In this document: one piece after another, positions 52,920 to 61,418 of the stretch | Position numbering within the stretch: position 1 is the stretch's first letter | Layout: each line of letters starts with the position of its first letter | From: Deltaproteobacteria bacterium | GTDB taxonomy: Bacteria > Myxococcota > Myxococcia > Myxococcales > 40CM-4-68-19 | Assembly (NCBI GenBank): GCA_005879315.1 | Contig: VBLC01000036.1 | Span: 22,002 to 86,001, forward strand | Length of the DNA stretch: 64,000 bases | Direction of reading: 5' to 3' | Translations under genes and position numbers: made by a program | The notes under the pieces: model-generated | The model's input: only the letters and a program-made list of their open reading frames with translations | Databases searched by the model: none | What the model was told of the DNA's origin: nothing

Positions 52920-52976
52920 CGCTCTCCGGAGTCAGTTCGCCTGCAGATCAATCTAACTGGCTGGGGCCGCGGTGAA

Positions 52977-53002
52977 AACCATGGGAACTCCGCGGGTATT
53001 CC
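52977..53002 (-). promoter_or_regulatory. ECF (SigR/SigH-type) promoter upstream of the ECF sigma gene
   Basis: The minus strand reads GGAAT-18 nt-GTT, the SigR-class consensus and spacing, about 57 nt upstream of the sigma ATG. Confidence 0.6.
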
Positions 53003-53068
53003 GGCGGGTCGGGCGCTCGGCCGGTGCGGACTGCACGGCGCAACAAAAAATCAAGTCGTACTGCGGGA

Positions 53069-54184
53069 TTATCGGAGCACCTTCTCGAGCGGCGTATAGG
53101 GCAGATCGAGCGCCTCGGCGACGGCGCGGTAGGTGCAATAGCCATTGAAGGTGTTGACGCCCAGTGCGAGAGCGCGGTCGCGTTTGACGGCCTCGACCAC
53201 GCCCATGTCGGCGAGCTTCCCCGCCCAACCGATGGTCGCGTTGGTGAGCGCGAAGGTCGAAGTCTGCGAGACGGCGCCCGGCATGTTGGCCACGCAATAG
53301 TGCACGACGCCGTGAACCAGATAGGTGGGATGGTCGTGCGTGGTCGGGCGGCAGGTCTCGATGCACCCGCCCTGGTCGACGGCGACGTCCACCACCACGC
53401 TGCCCGGCTGCATCTCGCTGATGAGCTTCTCGCTGACCAGCTTGGGCGCTTTTGCCCCGGGGATGAGCACGCCGCCGATCACCAGATCCGCCTCGCGAAC
53501 GTACTTCTGGATCTGCGTCGGATCGGAAAAGACCGGCGTGATGCGCGAGCCGAAGACGTCGTCGAGATAGGCGAGGCGGCCGAGATTGACGTCGAGCACG
53601 ACCGTCTCGGCGCCCATTCCGGTCGCCAGCTTGGCGGAATTCGTCCCCACCACGCCGCCGCCGAGGATGACGACTTTGCCGCGGCGCACGCCGGGCACGC
53701 CGGAGAGGAGGATGCCTTTGCCGCCGTGCTCCTTTTCCAGGTAGACGGAGCCGACCTGCACCGCCATGCGGCCCGCGACTTCGCTCATCGGCTTGAGCAG
53801 CGGAAGCTGGCCGTCCTCGGTCTGGATGGTCTCGTAGGCGACAGCGGCGATCTTGCGGTCGAGCAGCGCCTTGCTCAGAGGCTTGTCGGCGGCGAGGTGG
53901 AAATAGGTGTAGATGGTCTGCCCTTCCTTCATCAGCGGGTATTCCGAGGAGATGGGCTCCTTCACCTTGATGATCATCTCGGAGCGCGACCAGACGTCGG
54001 CGGCGCGCTCGACGATCTCGGCGCCGACCGACTGGTAGGCGTCGTCAGGAAGACCGCTGCCCACGCCGGCGCCCTTCTCGATCAGGACCCGGTGGCCCCG
54101 CGCGAGAAGCGCGGCCGCGCCGCCGGGGACCAGGCCGACGCGGTACTCGCGGATTTTGATCTCTTTCGGGCAACCGATGATCAT
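53069..54184 (-). CDS. ald: alanine dehydrogenase
   Basis: [67 protein letters not shown]. Confidence 0.97.
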   Translation of the reverse strand: MIIGCPKEIKIREYRVGLVPGGAAALLARGHRVLIEKGAGVGSGLPDDAYQSVGAEIVERAADVWSRSEMIIKVKEPISSEYPLMKEGQTIYTYFHLAADKPLSKALLDRKIAAVAYETIQTEDGQLPLLKPMSEVAGRMAVQVGSVYLEKEHGGKGILLSGVPGVRRGKVVILGGGVVGTNSAKLATGMGAETVVLDVNLGRLAYLDDVFGSRITPVFSDPTQIQKYVREADLVIGGVLIPGAKAPKLVSEKLISEMQPGSVVVDVAVDQGGCIETCRPTTHDHPTYLVHGVVHYCVANMPGAVSQTSTFALTNATIGWAGKLADMGVVEAVKRDRALALGVNTFNGYCTYRAVAEALDLPYTPLEKVLR

Positions 54185-54234
54185 TGCGCCCTCCGCGGTT
54201 ACAAAGGGCGCGCAAGATACCGAGCGAAACGAAA

Positions 54235-55530
54235 ATGCTCAAGCTGCTCTTCGCCGACGAGACAGGGCGTGTTTACGAACACCCCGAGCTGCGCCCCCTG
54301 GTGTGGGAGGGGGCCGATTTGCCCGTGCCCATTCCGGCGCACACGACGCTCGCGGCGCTGCCGGGGCGCAGGCCGCTCGGTGTCGACGCCTCGGGCGGCG
54401 TCGTCGAGCTCCGCGAGATGCGCCTCGGCCGCCGGCTGGTGAAGCCGAACGCGGTAGCGGCCGTGCTGCCGCCAGGCTGGACGCGCAGCGAGCTGCCGGC
54501 CTTCCACAAGAGCGCGGTCGCGCCGCTCCTGCCGCAGTGGGCGTACACGGCCGCGGCCTGGGACTCGCGGAGCAACTGCCATGTCGTCTGGGCGCTGCAC
54601 ACCGACCGCCGCGCGCACTGGGATCCGGCGGCGCATTCGACGCCCGATCTGCCGGGACTGGTGGAGCGGCGACTCCTGCGCGAGGAGACTCCGCTCTTGC
54701 GGCAGCTGGCGAAATGCGCGCTCGAGTACCGCTGCTTCACCGCGCAGAACATCTTCTACGCGCGCGACGAAGGCGCCATCCCCGCCAGCACTGGCTGCAA
54801 TGCTCGCTGCGTCGGCTGCATCTCCGAGCAGCCGCCGGAAGGACCGCCTTCGAGCCACGAGCGGATCGACGACGCGCCCGACGCTACGAGCATGGCCGAC
54901 ATCGGCATCGCCCATCTGCGCGCGGCACCCGGCCGCACCATGGTCTCCTTCGGCCAGGGCTGCGAGGGCGAGCCGCTCACCCGCGCGCAGGAGATCGCCC
55001 GCGCCATCCGCCTCATGCGCGCCCAGACCTCGCGCGGCTCGATCAACATCAACACCAACGGATCGTTGCCCGGCGCGCTCTCGCTCTTGATCGACGCCGG
55101 CCTCGACGCCTGCCGCATCAGCCTGAACAGCGCCCACAAGCCGCTCTACGAGGCGTACTACCAGCCCGTCAAATACGGCTGGGAGGACGTCGCGCAGTCG
55201 ATCGCGCTGGCGAAGCGGCGCGGAATCTATCTCGCGCTCAATCTGCTCACCTTCCCGGGCGTGACCGATGCCGAAGGTGAAGTCGAGAAGCTTTGCCGGA
55301 TCGTCCCCTTCGTCGATCAAGTGCAGACTCGCAGCCTGGCGATCGATCCCGATCAGTATCTAGCCGTCGCGCGGGCCCACGGTGCCTCCGGGCCTCGCCT
55401 CGGCCTGCGCGAGATGCTCCGCCGGCTGAAGCGCGCCCGTCCGGGGCTGGTGATCGGAAATTTCGCTCGAGGTCTGGACGAAAGAAATCCGGGGACCCGA
55501 AGCGGATCCCCGGATCTCTCTGCGACCTGA
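54235..55530 (+). CDS. radical SAM protein of unknown function
   Basis: CNARCVGC motif, SFGQGCEGEP, NINTNGS, RISLNSA. N-terminal domain LLFADETGRVYEHP...LPQWAYTA. Confidence 0.9.
   Translation: MLKLLFADETGRVYEHPELRPLVWEGADLPVPIPAHTTLAALPGRRPLGVDASGGVVELREMRLGRRLVKPNAVAAVLPPGWTRSELPAFHKSAVAPLLPQWAYTAAAWDSRSNCHVVWALHTDRRAHWDPAAHSTPDLPGLVERRLLREETPLLRQLAKCALEYRCFTAQNIFYARDEGAIPASTGCNARCVGCISEQPPEGPPSSHERIDDAPDATSMADIGIAHLRAAPGRTMVSFGQGCEGEPLTRAQEIARAIRLMRAQTSRGSININTNGSLPGALSLLIDAGLDACRISLNSAHKPLYEAYYQPVKYGWEDVAQSIALAKRRGIYLALNLLTFPGVTDAEGEVEKLCRIVPFVDQVQTRSLAIDPDQYLAVARAHGASGPRLGLREMLRRLKRARPGLVIGNFARGLDERNPGTRSGSPDLSAT
55481..55519 (-). terminator. rho-independent terminator of the beta-barrel gene (inside the 3' end of the convergent radical SAM CDS)
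   Basis: The minus strand reads ATCCGGGGA..cUUCGg..TCCCCGGAT followed by TTCTTTC: a 9-bp perfect stem with a C(UUCG)G loop. Confidence 0.7.
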
Positions 55531-55533
55531 GGC

Positions 55534-56121
55534 TCAGCGGAAGCTGGCGCCGAGATCGATGCTGACGTTGTAGAAGTCGGCGTTGCCGCCCTTGTCCACC
55601 GAGGCGACCCCGCCGGCAGCGCTGTTGCCGGTGTAGATCTTGTTGAACAGGTAATTGTACTGGAAGCGCCCGCCCAGCTTGAAATCGCCGATGTTGGTCT
55701 CGATGCCGCCGCCGAAGGGCAGAGTATTCACCGAGCGATTGGGGATTCCGGAGGCCTGGCCGCCGTTCACCCAGGTGATGCCGTAGCCGCCGAAGACGTA
55801 GGGCGTGAAAGCGCCGGGGAGGACGTTGAGGCGCAAGTCCCCGTAGCCTTCGTTGGTCTTGATGGTGCTGGCCGACCGGCCGAGGTCGAGGCTCTCTTTG
55901 ACGTTGTTCTGCGAGCCGAGATAACCGAGCTCGATGCCCAGCATCGGCGTGGGCAGGATGCCGAGACGCGCGCCATAGGCGACGCCGAGGTCGGAGCCGC
56001 TGGAGAGCGCCTGGTTGTACTTGGTGCCGCCGCCCTGCAGCACCACCGAGAATTCGCTGTCGGCCATCGCCATCGGCGCGAAGGCGAGCGCGGCGGCGAA
56101 ACCCAGAAGCAATTTCTTCAT
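55534..56121 (-). CDS. outer-membrane beta-barrel protein (OmpA-like 8-strand)
   Basis: Signal peptide MKKLLLGFAAALAFAPMAMA, alternating beta-strands, C-terminal DLGASFR. Shine-Dalgarno GAGGAGG. Confidence 0.85.
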   Translation of the reverse strand: MKKLLLGFAAALAFAPMAMADSEFSVVLQGGGTKYNQALSSGSDLGVAYGARLGILPTPMLGIELGYLGSQNNVKESLDLGRSASTIKTNEGYGDLRLNVLPGAFTPYVFGGYGITWVNGGQASGIPNRSVNTLPFGGGIETNIGDFKLGGRFQYNYLFNKIYTGNSAAGGVASVDKGGNADFYNVSIDLGASFR

Positions 56122-56216
56122 GTGCGTTCCTCCTCTAACTGGCGCAGAAAGAATCAAGACACGGTAGGAATGGGAAAAGTGTTCGGCCTGCCCGGCCGGG
56201 TGGAGGAGCGACGAGC

Positions 56217-57443
56217 TTGGGCCAGGTGAAGCTCGAGTTGCAGAAAGAGCTGGCTCGCCATCTGCGGGGCGGACATCCCTGGGTGTATCGGCGCGCGCTG
56301 GAGAAGCCGCCGGCAGACCTGGCCGCGGGCGCGATCGTGGACGTGACCGAGAGGGGCAAGTTCGTCGCGCGCGGCTACTTCGATCCTTCGAGCGCCGTGC
56401 GAGTGCGCATCCTCACGCGCGATCCGGCCGAGGCGATCGGGCCGCTCTTCTGGCGCAGGCGCATCGCCAGGGCGGTGGCGCTGCGGCGGGCCTACACGCC
56501 TTTCGAGGGCGAGACCGACTGCGCGCGGCTGGTGCATGGCGAGGGAGACGGGCTGCCCGGCGTCGTGGTCGATCTCTATTCGAAGTGGGCGGTGCTCAAG
56601 CTTTACAGCAAAGGCCTCGTGCCACACCGGTCGCACATCCTCGATGCGCTGCGCGGCGAGGTCGGGCTCGAGGGCATCTACGGCCGCGACGAAGAAGTCG
56701 AAGTTGCCGCGGATGAAGAGAACGAGCTTGCCGATCGCGAGTCGCCTCCGGCGAAAGGACAGGTGCTCTGGGGAAAGGAGCCTCCCGATCCGATCGTCGT
56801 GCGCGAGCACGGAATGCGCATCGCCGTCGACGTGCGCGCGGGACAGAAGACCGGATACTTTCTCGACCAGCGCGAGAACCGGCTCGCGCTGCGCCGGTTC
56901 GCCCAGGGCCGCGCCCGAGCTCTCAACTGTTTCTCCTATACGGGAGGATTCTCCCTCGCCGCGGCGCTGGGAGGAGCAGCCGAGGTGATCTCCGTCGACC
57001 GCGATGCCGCCGCCCTCCGGCTTGCGCGTCGCAACTTCGAGTTGAACGGCCTCGATCCCGCCAAGCACGGCTTCGTCACCGCCGACGTGCTCGACCATCT
57101 CGCCGAGCGGCGGTCGGAACAGGCGCGCTTCGACCTGATCGTGCTCGACCCGCCCGCCTTCGCGAAGTCGCAGAAAGCCGTTCCCGCCGCTCTCGACGGC
57201 TATGCCTCGCTCCACCGCGCGGCGCTGCAGCTGCTCGCGCCTGGGGGCATCCTCGCCACCGCCTCCTGCTCGGCGCGCGTCACGCCGGAGGAGTTCGTCG
57301 GCGCGGTGCGGGAAGCGGCTCTCAAGACGCGTTCCGACCTGCAGCTGCTCGAGGAGCGCCGCCAGCCGCCCGACCATCCGGTGCTGCTCGCCTTTCCCGA
57401 GGGGCGCTATCTCAAGTTCTTCATCTTCCGCAAGGGGGACTGA
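56217..57443 (+). CDS. rlmI: class I SAM-dependent rRNA methyltransferase (RlmI/YccW family)
   Basis: GHPWVY (PUA domain), EGDGLPGVVVDLY, GQKTGYFLDQRENR, LNCFSYTGGFS, FDLIVLDPPAF, YLK. Confidence 0.88.
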   Translation: MGQVKLELQKELARHLRGGHPWVYRRALEKPPADLAAGAIVDVTERGKFVARGYFDPSSAVRVRILTRDPAEAIGPLFWRRRIARAVALRRAYTPFEGETDCARLVHGEGDGLPGVVVDLYSKWAVLKLYSKGLVPHRSHILDALRGEVGLEGIYGRDEEVEVAADEENELADRESPPAKGQVLWGKEPPDPIVVREHGMRIAVDVRAGQKTGYFLDQRENRLALRRFAQGRARALNCFSYTGGFSLAAALGGAAEVISVDRDAAALRLARRNFELNGLDPAKHGFVTADVLDHLAERRSEQARFDLIVLDPPAFAKSQKAVPAALDGYASLHRAALQLLAPGGILATASCSARVTPEEFVGAVREAALKTRSDLQLLEERRQPPDHPVLLAFPEGRYLKFFIFRKGD

Positions 57444-58186
57444 TGGTCCTTCCCGGCCAGTATCTCGAGCGGAGCATCGTCGTGGGCGATCTCGACGCGC
57501 TCTACCACCGCGGCGCGCGCGAGCCGCCCTGCCTGATCGCCTCGCCGCATCCGGCGCTCGGGGGGAGCATGAGCTCGCCGGTCGTCGCCGAGCTCGCCTG
57601 GGCGCTCACCCGCGCGGGGCATCCGACGCTGCGCTTCGACTATCGCGGCGTCGGTGCCTCGCGCGGCAGCTCGCCGCACCAGCCCGGCAGCTTGCAGATC
57701 GGCGACGTCGGCGGCGAGCTCGAGGATCTGCGCCTGGCGGCCGACCAGATCCTCGTCACGACGAAAATGAACGCCGCCTGCGCGATCGGCTACAGCTTCG
57801 GCGCCAAGGTCGCCCTCGAGGCAGCGCGCGACGCGCAGCTCTCGCATCTGGTGCTGATCGCGCCGCCCAACAAGCTGGCCGATTTCTCGGCGCTCGCCTC
57901 GCTGCAGAAGCCGCTCCTGGTCGTCTGTGCGCATCATGATCCCTATTGCGATCGCTCGGCGCTCCAGCTTCCGGAGCAGGCGCGGCTGGAGGTGATTCCC
58001 CACGCCGACCATTTCTTCGGGCGCGGCCTGACGGAGGTGGGCAGGATGGTCGCCGGCTGGCTGCGCGGCGATCGGCCCGAATACATCGCGCCGCCCGACA
58101 AGCCGGAAGAGCAGCCGCGGGAGGCGATCCGGGAGCTGGAGCTCACGCCCGGCGAGCCGCTCGAGCTGGATCTCGAGCGCAAGTAG
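57443..58186 (+). CDS. alpha/beta hydrolase
   Basis: PHPALGGSMSSPVV, LRFDYRGVGAS, IGYSFG (nucleophile Ser), HHD (Asp), ADHFF (His). Confidence 0.88.
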   Translation: MVLPGQYLERSIVVGDLDALYHRGAREPPCLIASPHPALGGSMSSPVVAELAWALTRAGHPTLRFDYRGVGASRGSSPHQPGSLQIGDVGGELEDLRLAADQILVTTKMNAACAIGYSFGAKVALEAARDAQLSHLVLIAPPNKLADFSALASLQKPLLVVCAHHDPYCDRSALQLPEQARLEVIPHADHFFGRGLTEVGRMVAGWLRGDRPEYIAPPDKPEEQPREAIRELELTPGEPLELDLERK

Positions 58187-58259
58187 ATCGCCGCCCGCAT
58201 GCGCGCGTTCCTCTCCCGAAATAGACGCCGCAACGTCGCGTATCTGGGAGGGGAGCATT

Positions 58260-60047
58260 ATGCTCCGCGAGGCAAGGGGGCTCTGGATGTCGTCTGGCAC
58301 GCTCTCATCGCGACCCGCGCTCAAGGAGCGCCTCGCGATCGCGCTGCTCGCCACCGCCGCGCTCCTCCTGCTCGGCCTCGCCGGCTGCGCGCGCCAGCCC
58401 GCGCCGGTGATGGAGATGAGCGACGAGGCCGTCCCCGGCCTGATCGAGGTGGAGCTGAAAGGCCCTGCCTCGCTGCCCGGAAAGGTGCTCGACCAGGAGG
58501 AAGTCGAAGACGACGAATTCGGCGATCTCTTCTCGCGGGAACTGCAGGTCGAGCTGCAGGTCGATCCCGCTGACGAGGCCGCTACGCTCGCGCAGCTGCG
58601 CGCCCGGCCCGACGTGATCTGGGCCGAGCCGGTCACTCGGCTGCAGGCGCTCTGGCTCCCCGACGACCCCGACTTCGCCAAGCAGTGGCACCTCAAGGCG
58701 GCGGGCGCGGAGGCGGCCTGGGACATCGCCCGCGGCGAGGGCGTGACGGTCGCGGTGATCGATACCGGCATCTATCCCGTCGACGACCTCGACCCATCGC
58801 GCATCGTCAAGGGCTACAACTTCGTCGGGCGCAACGAGGATGCGCGCGACGATCACGCGCACGGAACGCACGTCGCCGGGACGATCGCGCAGAGCACCGG
58901 CAACGGCAAAGGCGTCGCCGGCATGGCGCCGCAGGCGCGGCTGATGCCGCTCAAGGTGCTCACTGCTTTCGGCAGCGGGACCTCGCATGACATCGCCGAG
59001 GCGATCCGCTGGGCGGTCGACCACGGCGCGCGCGTGCTCAATCTTTCGCTCGGCGGCGGGATGCGCTCCCTGGCGATGGAGTCGGCCGTCCACTACGCGC
59101 GGCGCAAAGGCGCCATCGTCGTCTGCGCCGCAGGCAACAGCGGCGGGCGCGGAGTGTCCTTCCCGGCGGCGTATCGCGATGCCTTTGCGGTGAGCGCAGC
59201 AGGGCCGAAGGGCTTCGCCGCCCCGTACACCTCCTATGGGCCGCAGGTGCGCCTCGCCGCGCCGGGCGGGGACAAGACGCTCGGCGAGGAAGCCGGGGTG
59301 CTGCAGCAGACCCTCGCGGAAGGCTCGACGACGGAAGCTGCGTACCGGTGGTTCCAGGGCACCAGCATGGCGGCGCCCCACGTCGCAGGGGCCGCGGCGT
59401 TGATCATGTCGCTGGGAGTGAGCGCGCCAGCCGCGGTCGAAGACTTGCTCACGGCCACTGCCCGGCGCGCGCCCGAATCCGATGGCGAGAAGTACGGAGC
59501 GGGACTCCTCGACGCCGCCGCAGCCGTGCGGCGCGCGACGGTGTGGTGGGGATTGTGGCGGCTCCTCTTCGCGCTCGGTGGCGCGCTGGTGGCGGTGGCT
59601 CATGCCAGGCGGAGTGGAGAGCGCATCAAGACCCGCGGGCTTTTCTGGGCGGGGATCGGTGTCGGAGCAGGAGCGCTGGCGATGCTCGCGCCCCTCGGGG
59701 CGGAGCGACTTCCCTTCCTCGCGCTCCTCGCGCTGCCCCCGGCAGCGTGGCCACAGCGGCTGCTCGGAGCGGGCAGCTTCGCGGGCTACATCGGCTGGAG
59801 CGCGCTCGTGCCATTCTTGATCGCGCTGCCCGCGCGGGCGGCGGCGAAGCCGATCGACAACGGATTCGGCGCGCTGGCTGCCGGGCTGTCGTTCGGCTGG
59901 GCCGGAGCGCTCTTGCATGCGGCCCTCTGGCGCACGGTCGATCTCCCCTGGATGCCTGCCTTTTTGATGCCGCTCTGGCTGCTCATCGGCGCGGTGGTGG
60001 CGTGGAGCGCGGGTCGCGGCCTGCTCGCGCGGGAGCCGCTGCGATGA
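58260..60047 (+). CDS. S8 subtilase lipoprotein with C-terminal multi-TM domain
   Basis: Lipobox LAGC; catalytic VAVIDTG, HGTHVAG and GTSMAAPHVAG; oxyanion AAGNSG; about 4 C-terminal TMs. Confidence 0.93.
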   Translation: MLREARGLWMSSGTLSSRPALKERLAIALLATAALLLLGLAGCARQPAPVMEMSDEAVPGLIEVELKGPASLPGKVLDQEEVEDDEFGDLFSRELQVELQVDPADEAATLAQLRARPDVIWAEPVTRLQALWLPDDPDFAKQWHLKAAGAEAAWDIARGEGVTVAVIDTGIYPVDDLDPSRIVKGYNFVGRNEDARDDHAHGTHVAGTIAQSTGNGKGVAGMAPQARLMPLKVLTAFGSGTSHDIAEAIRWAVDHGARVLNLSLGGGMRSLAMESAVHYARRKGAIVVCAAGNSGGRGVSFPAAYRDAFAVSAAGPKGFAAPYTSYGPQVRLAAPGGDKTLGEEAGVLQQTLAEGSTTEAAYRWFQGTSMAAPHVAGAAALIMSLGVSAPAAVEDLLTATARRAPESDGEKYGAGLLDAAAAVRRATVWWGLWRLLFALGGALVAVAHARRSGERIKTRGLFWAGIGVGAGALAMLAPLGAERLPFLALLALPPAAWPQRLLGAGSFAGYIGWSALVPFLIALPARAAAKPIDNGFGALAAGLSFGWAGALLHAALWRTVDLPWMPAFLMPLWLLIGAVVAWSAGRGLLAREPLR

Positions 60048-60253
60048 AGGTGACCGGCACCATCGAGCGGCGCGATCTCGAGGGCGGGATCTGGCAGCTC
60101 GTCGCGGACGACGGCAAACGGTACACGCTGCTGGGCGGAGCCAAGGAGATGAAAGCCGGCGCGCGCGTCGAGGTCGAAGGCACCCTCGACGAAGGCTTCG
60201 GCATCGGCATGGCGGGCCCTCAGCTGCGCGTGGCGAGCGTGCGCAAGCTGTAG
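60044..60253 (+). CDS. small OB-fold-like hypothetical protein
   Basis: MKVTGTIERRDLEGGIWQLVADDGKRYTLLG...VEVEG. ATGA overlap with the S8 stop. Confidence 0.75.
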   Translation: MKVTGTIERRDLEGGIWQLVADDGKRYTLLGGAKEMKAGARVEVEGTLDEGFGIGMAGPQLRVASVRKL

Positions 60254-60435
60254 TACCTCGACCGCGGCGCGTTGACACCTGCGAACGGCGATGCCGGGGC
60301 TGCGACGCGCGGCCTCGTCGCTGCGCTGCTCAGCGTAGGATCCACTACGCTTCCGCTGCTCGCTCCTCGGGCACGCGTCTCGCCTTGGGCCTCGCCGTTC
60401 TCGGTTCCGATTCCCGCGCCGCGGTCGAGGTACTA
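60251..60435. mobile_element. MITE-like / structured repeat with 21-bp perfect terminal inverted repeats
   Basis: 60251-60271 TAGTACCTCGACCGCGGCGCG is the exact reverse complement of 60415-60435. Inner stems GAACGGCGA/TCGCCGTTC and AGCGTAG/CTACGCT. Flanked by TA on both sides; non-coding. Confidence 0.6.
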
Positions 60436-61332
60436 GCGCACCAGCAGCACGACTCCGGCGACTACCGCTGCGAGCCAGAAGAGCGACAGCCCTGCCGCGC
60501 GCGAGAAGCGGAATCCCCGCGGGCCTTCGCGGGCCGGCTCCTCGCGCGGAGGCGCCGGCGATGGCCGCCGCAGCAGGCGCACGAGCAGCACGAGGCCGAC
60601 CACCAGCAGCGCCGCTCCCAGGGCCAGGACCCACCAGGGCGGGGGAATGTCGGGGTCCTCGAACCCGAGCAAGAACGCCGCGCCCGCGACGCCGTTGTTG
60701 ACGGCGTGGGCAAGCACCGCGGGCCAGAGCGAGCCCGTCCAGTGGCGCAGGGCCGCGAGCAGGATGCCGATCTCCATCAGCCCGATGAAGCCCACCGGAT
60801 CCAGGTGCAGGACCGAGAAGAGGATGCCGCTCACCACCACGGCCGCCGCCAGGCCCATCGACCGCTGCAGCGCCGGGAAAGCAAATCCGCGAAAGAAAAG
60901 CTCCTCGCCGAGCGGGGCGGCGATCACCACCGTGATCGTCATCGGCAAGGCGTGCACTGCGAAGATGGCGTCGAGCAAGCGCTGCTTGGCGTCGAAGGAG
61001 GCCACCAGCGAGCCGGGAAGGATCTCGCGCGCTACCCAGGTGAGGAACGACACCACCGGCTGGTTCGCGGCCGAGGCGATGGCCGCGACGAGAAATTGTC
61101 CGGGGCGAGCGGAGCGCAAGCCCAGATAGGGCGCAAATCGCAGCCCTGCCCCACGCAGGACGATGATGGCCGGAAGCGCGATCGCCACCGCCTCGGTGAC
61201 CCAGAGTCCGACGACGATGCTGCGCTGCTGCGCGCCGGCTCCGACGACGAGCTGCCCCACCAGGAGCGCCAGATAGGCGAGCAGGGCGGTCCCTGCGCCC
61301 AGCGCGGGCTTCTCGGGGTTCGGGGCGGACAT
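60433..61332 (-). CDS. CPBP (CAAX/Abi) family intramembrane metalloprotease
   Basis: APLGEELFFRG, FSVLH, HAVNN motifs; multiple TMs. Confidence 0.9.
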   Translation of the reverse strand: MSAPNPEKPALGAGTALLAYLALLVGQLVVGAGAQQRSIVVGLWVTEAVAIALPAIIVLRGAGLRFAPYLGLRSARPGQFLVAAIASAANQPVVSFLTWVAREILPGSLVASFDAKQRLLDAIFAVHALPMTITVVIAAPLGEELFFRGFAFPALQRSMGLAAAVVVSGILFSVLHLDPVGFIGLMEIGILLAALRHWTGSLWPAVLAHAVNNGVAGAAFLLGFEDPDIPPPWWVLALGAALLVVGLVLLVRLLRRPSPAPPREEPAREGPRGFRFSRAAGLSLFWLAAVVAGVVLLVR

Positions 61333-61406
61333 CGAGCGGCGCGAGATACCACAGGCGAACGCGCGCGGCGACACCTGTCCGATGCCGGAGCGTGCGGTGC
61401 TCTCTG

Positions 61407-61412
61407 TACAGT
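61407..61412 (+). promoter_or_regulatory. putative -10 box (leaderless) of the lipoprotein-FadL operon
   Basis: TACAGT-gcgcgc-GTG(61419). This start gives a clean lipoprotein signal peptide. Confidence 0.55.
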
Positions 61413-61418
61413 GCGCGC

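Noticed and set aside
60251-60435. 6S RNA as the identity of the rod-like element
   Set aside because: The size and shape are compatible. However, the perfect 21-bp ends with flanking TA, the position between convergent stops, and the absence of the usual zapA/ygfA context favour a MITE-like repeat. Not excluded without an Rfam scan.
60433-61332. CPBP protease as a myxosortase with local substrates
   Set aside because: No MYXO-CTERM-type tail (GC-x-C motif, TM, basic end) was found on proteins in this window, so the assignment is unsupported.
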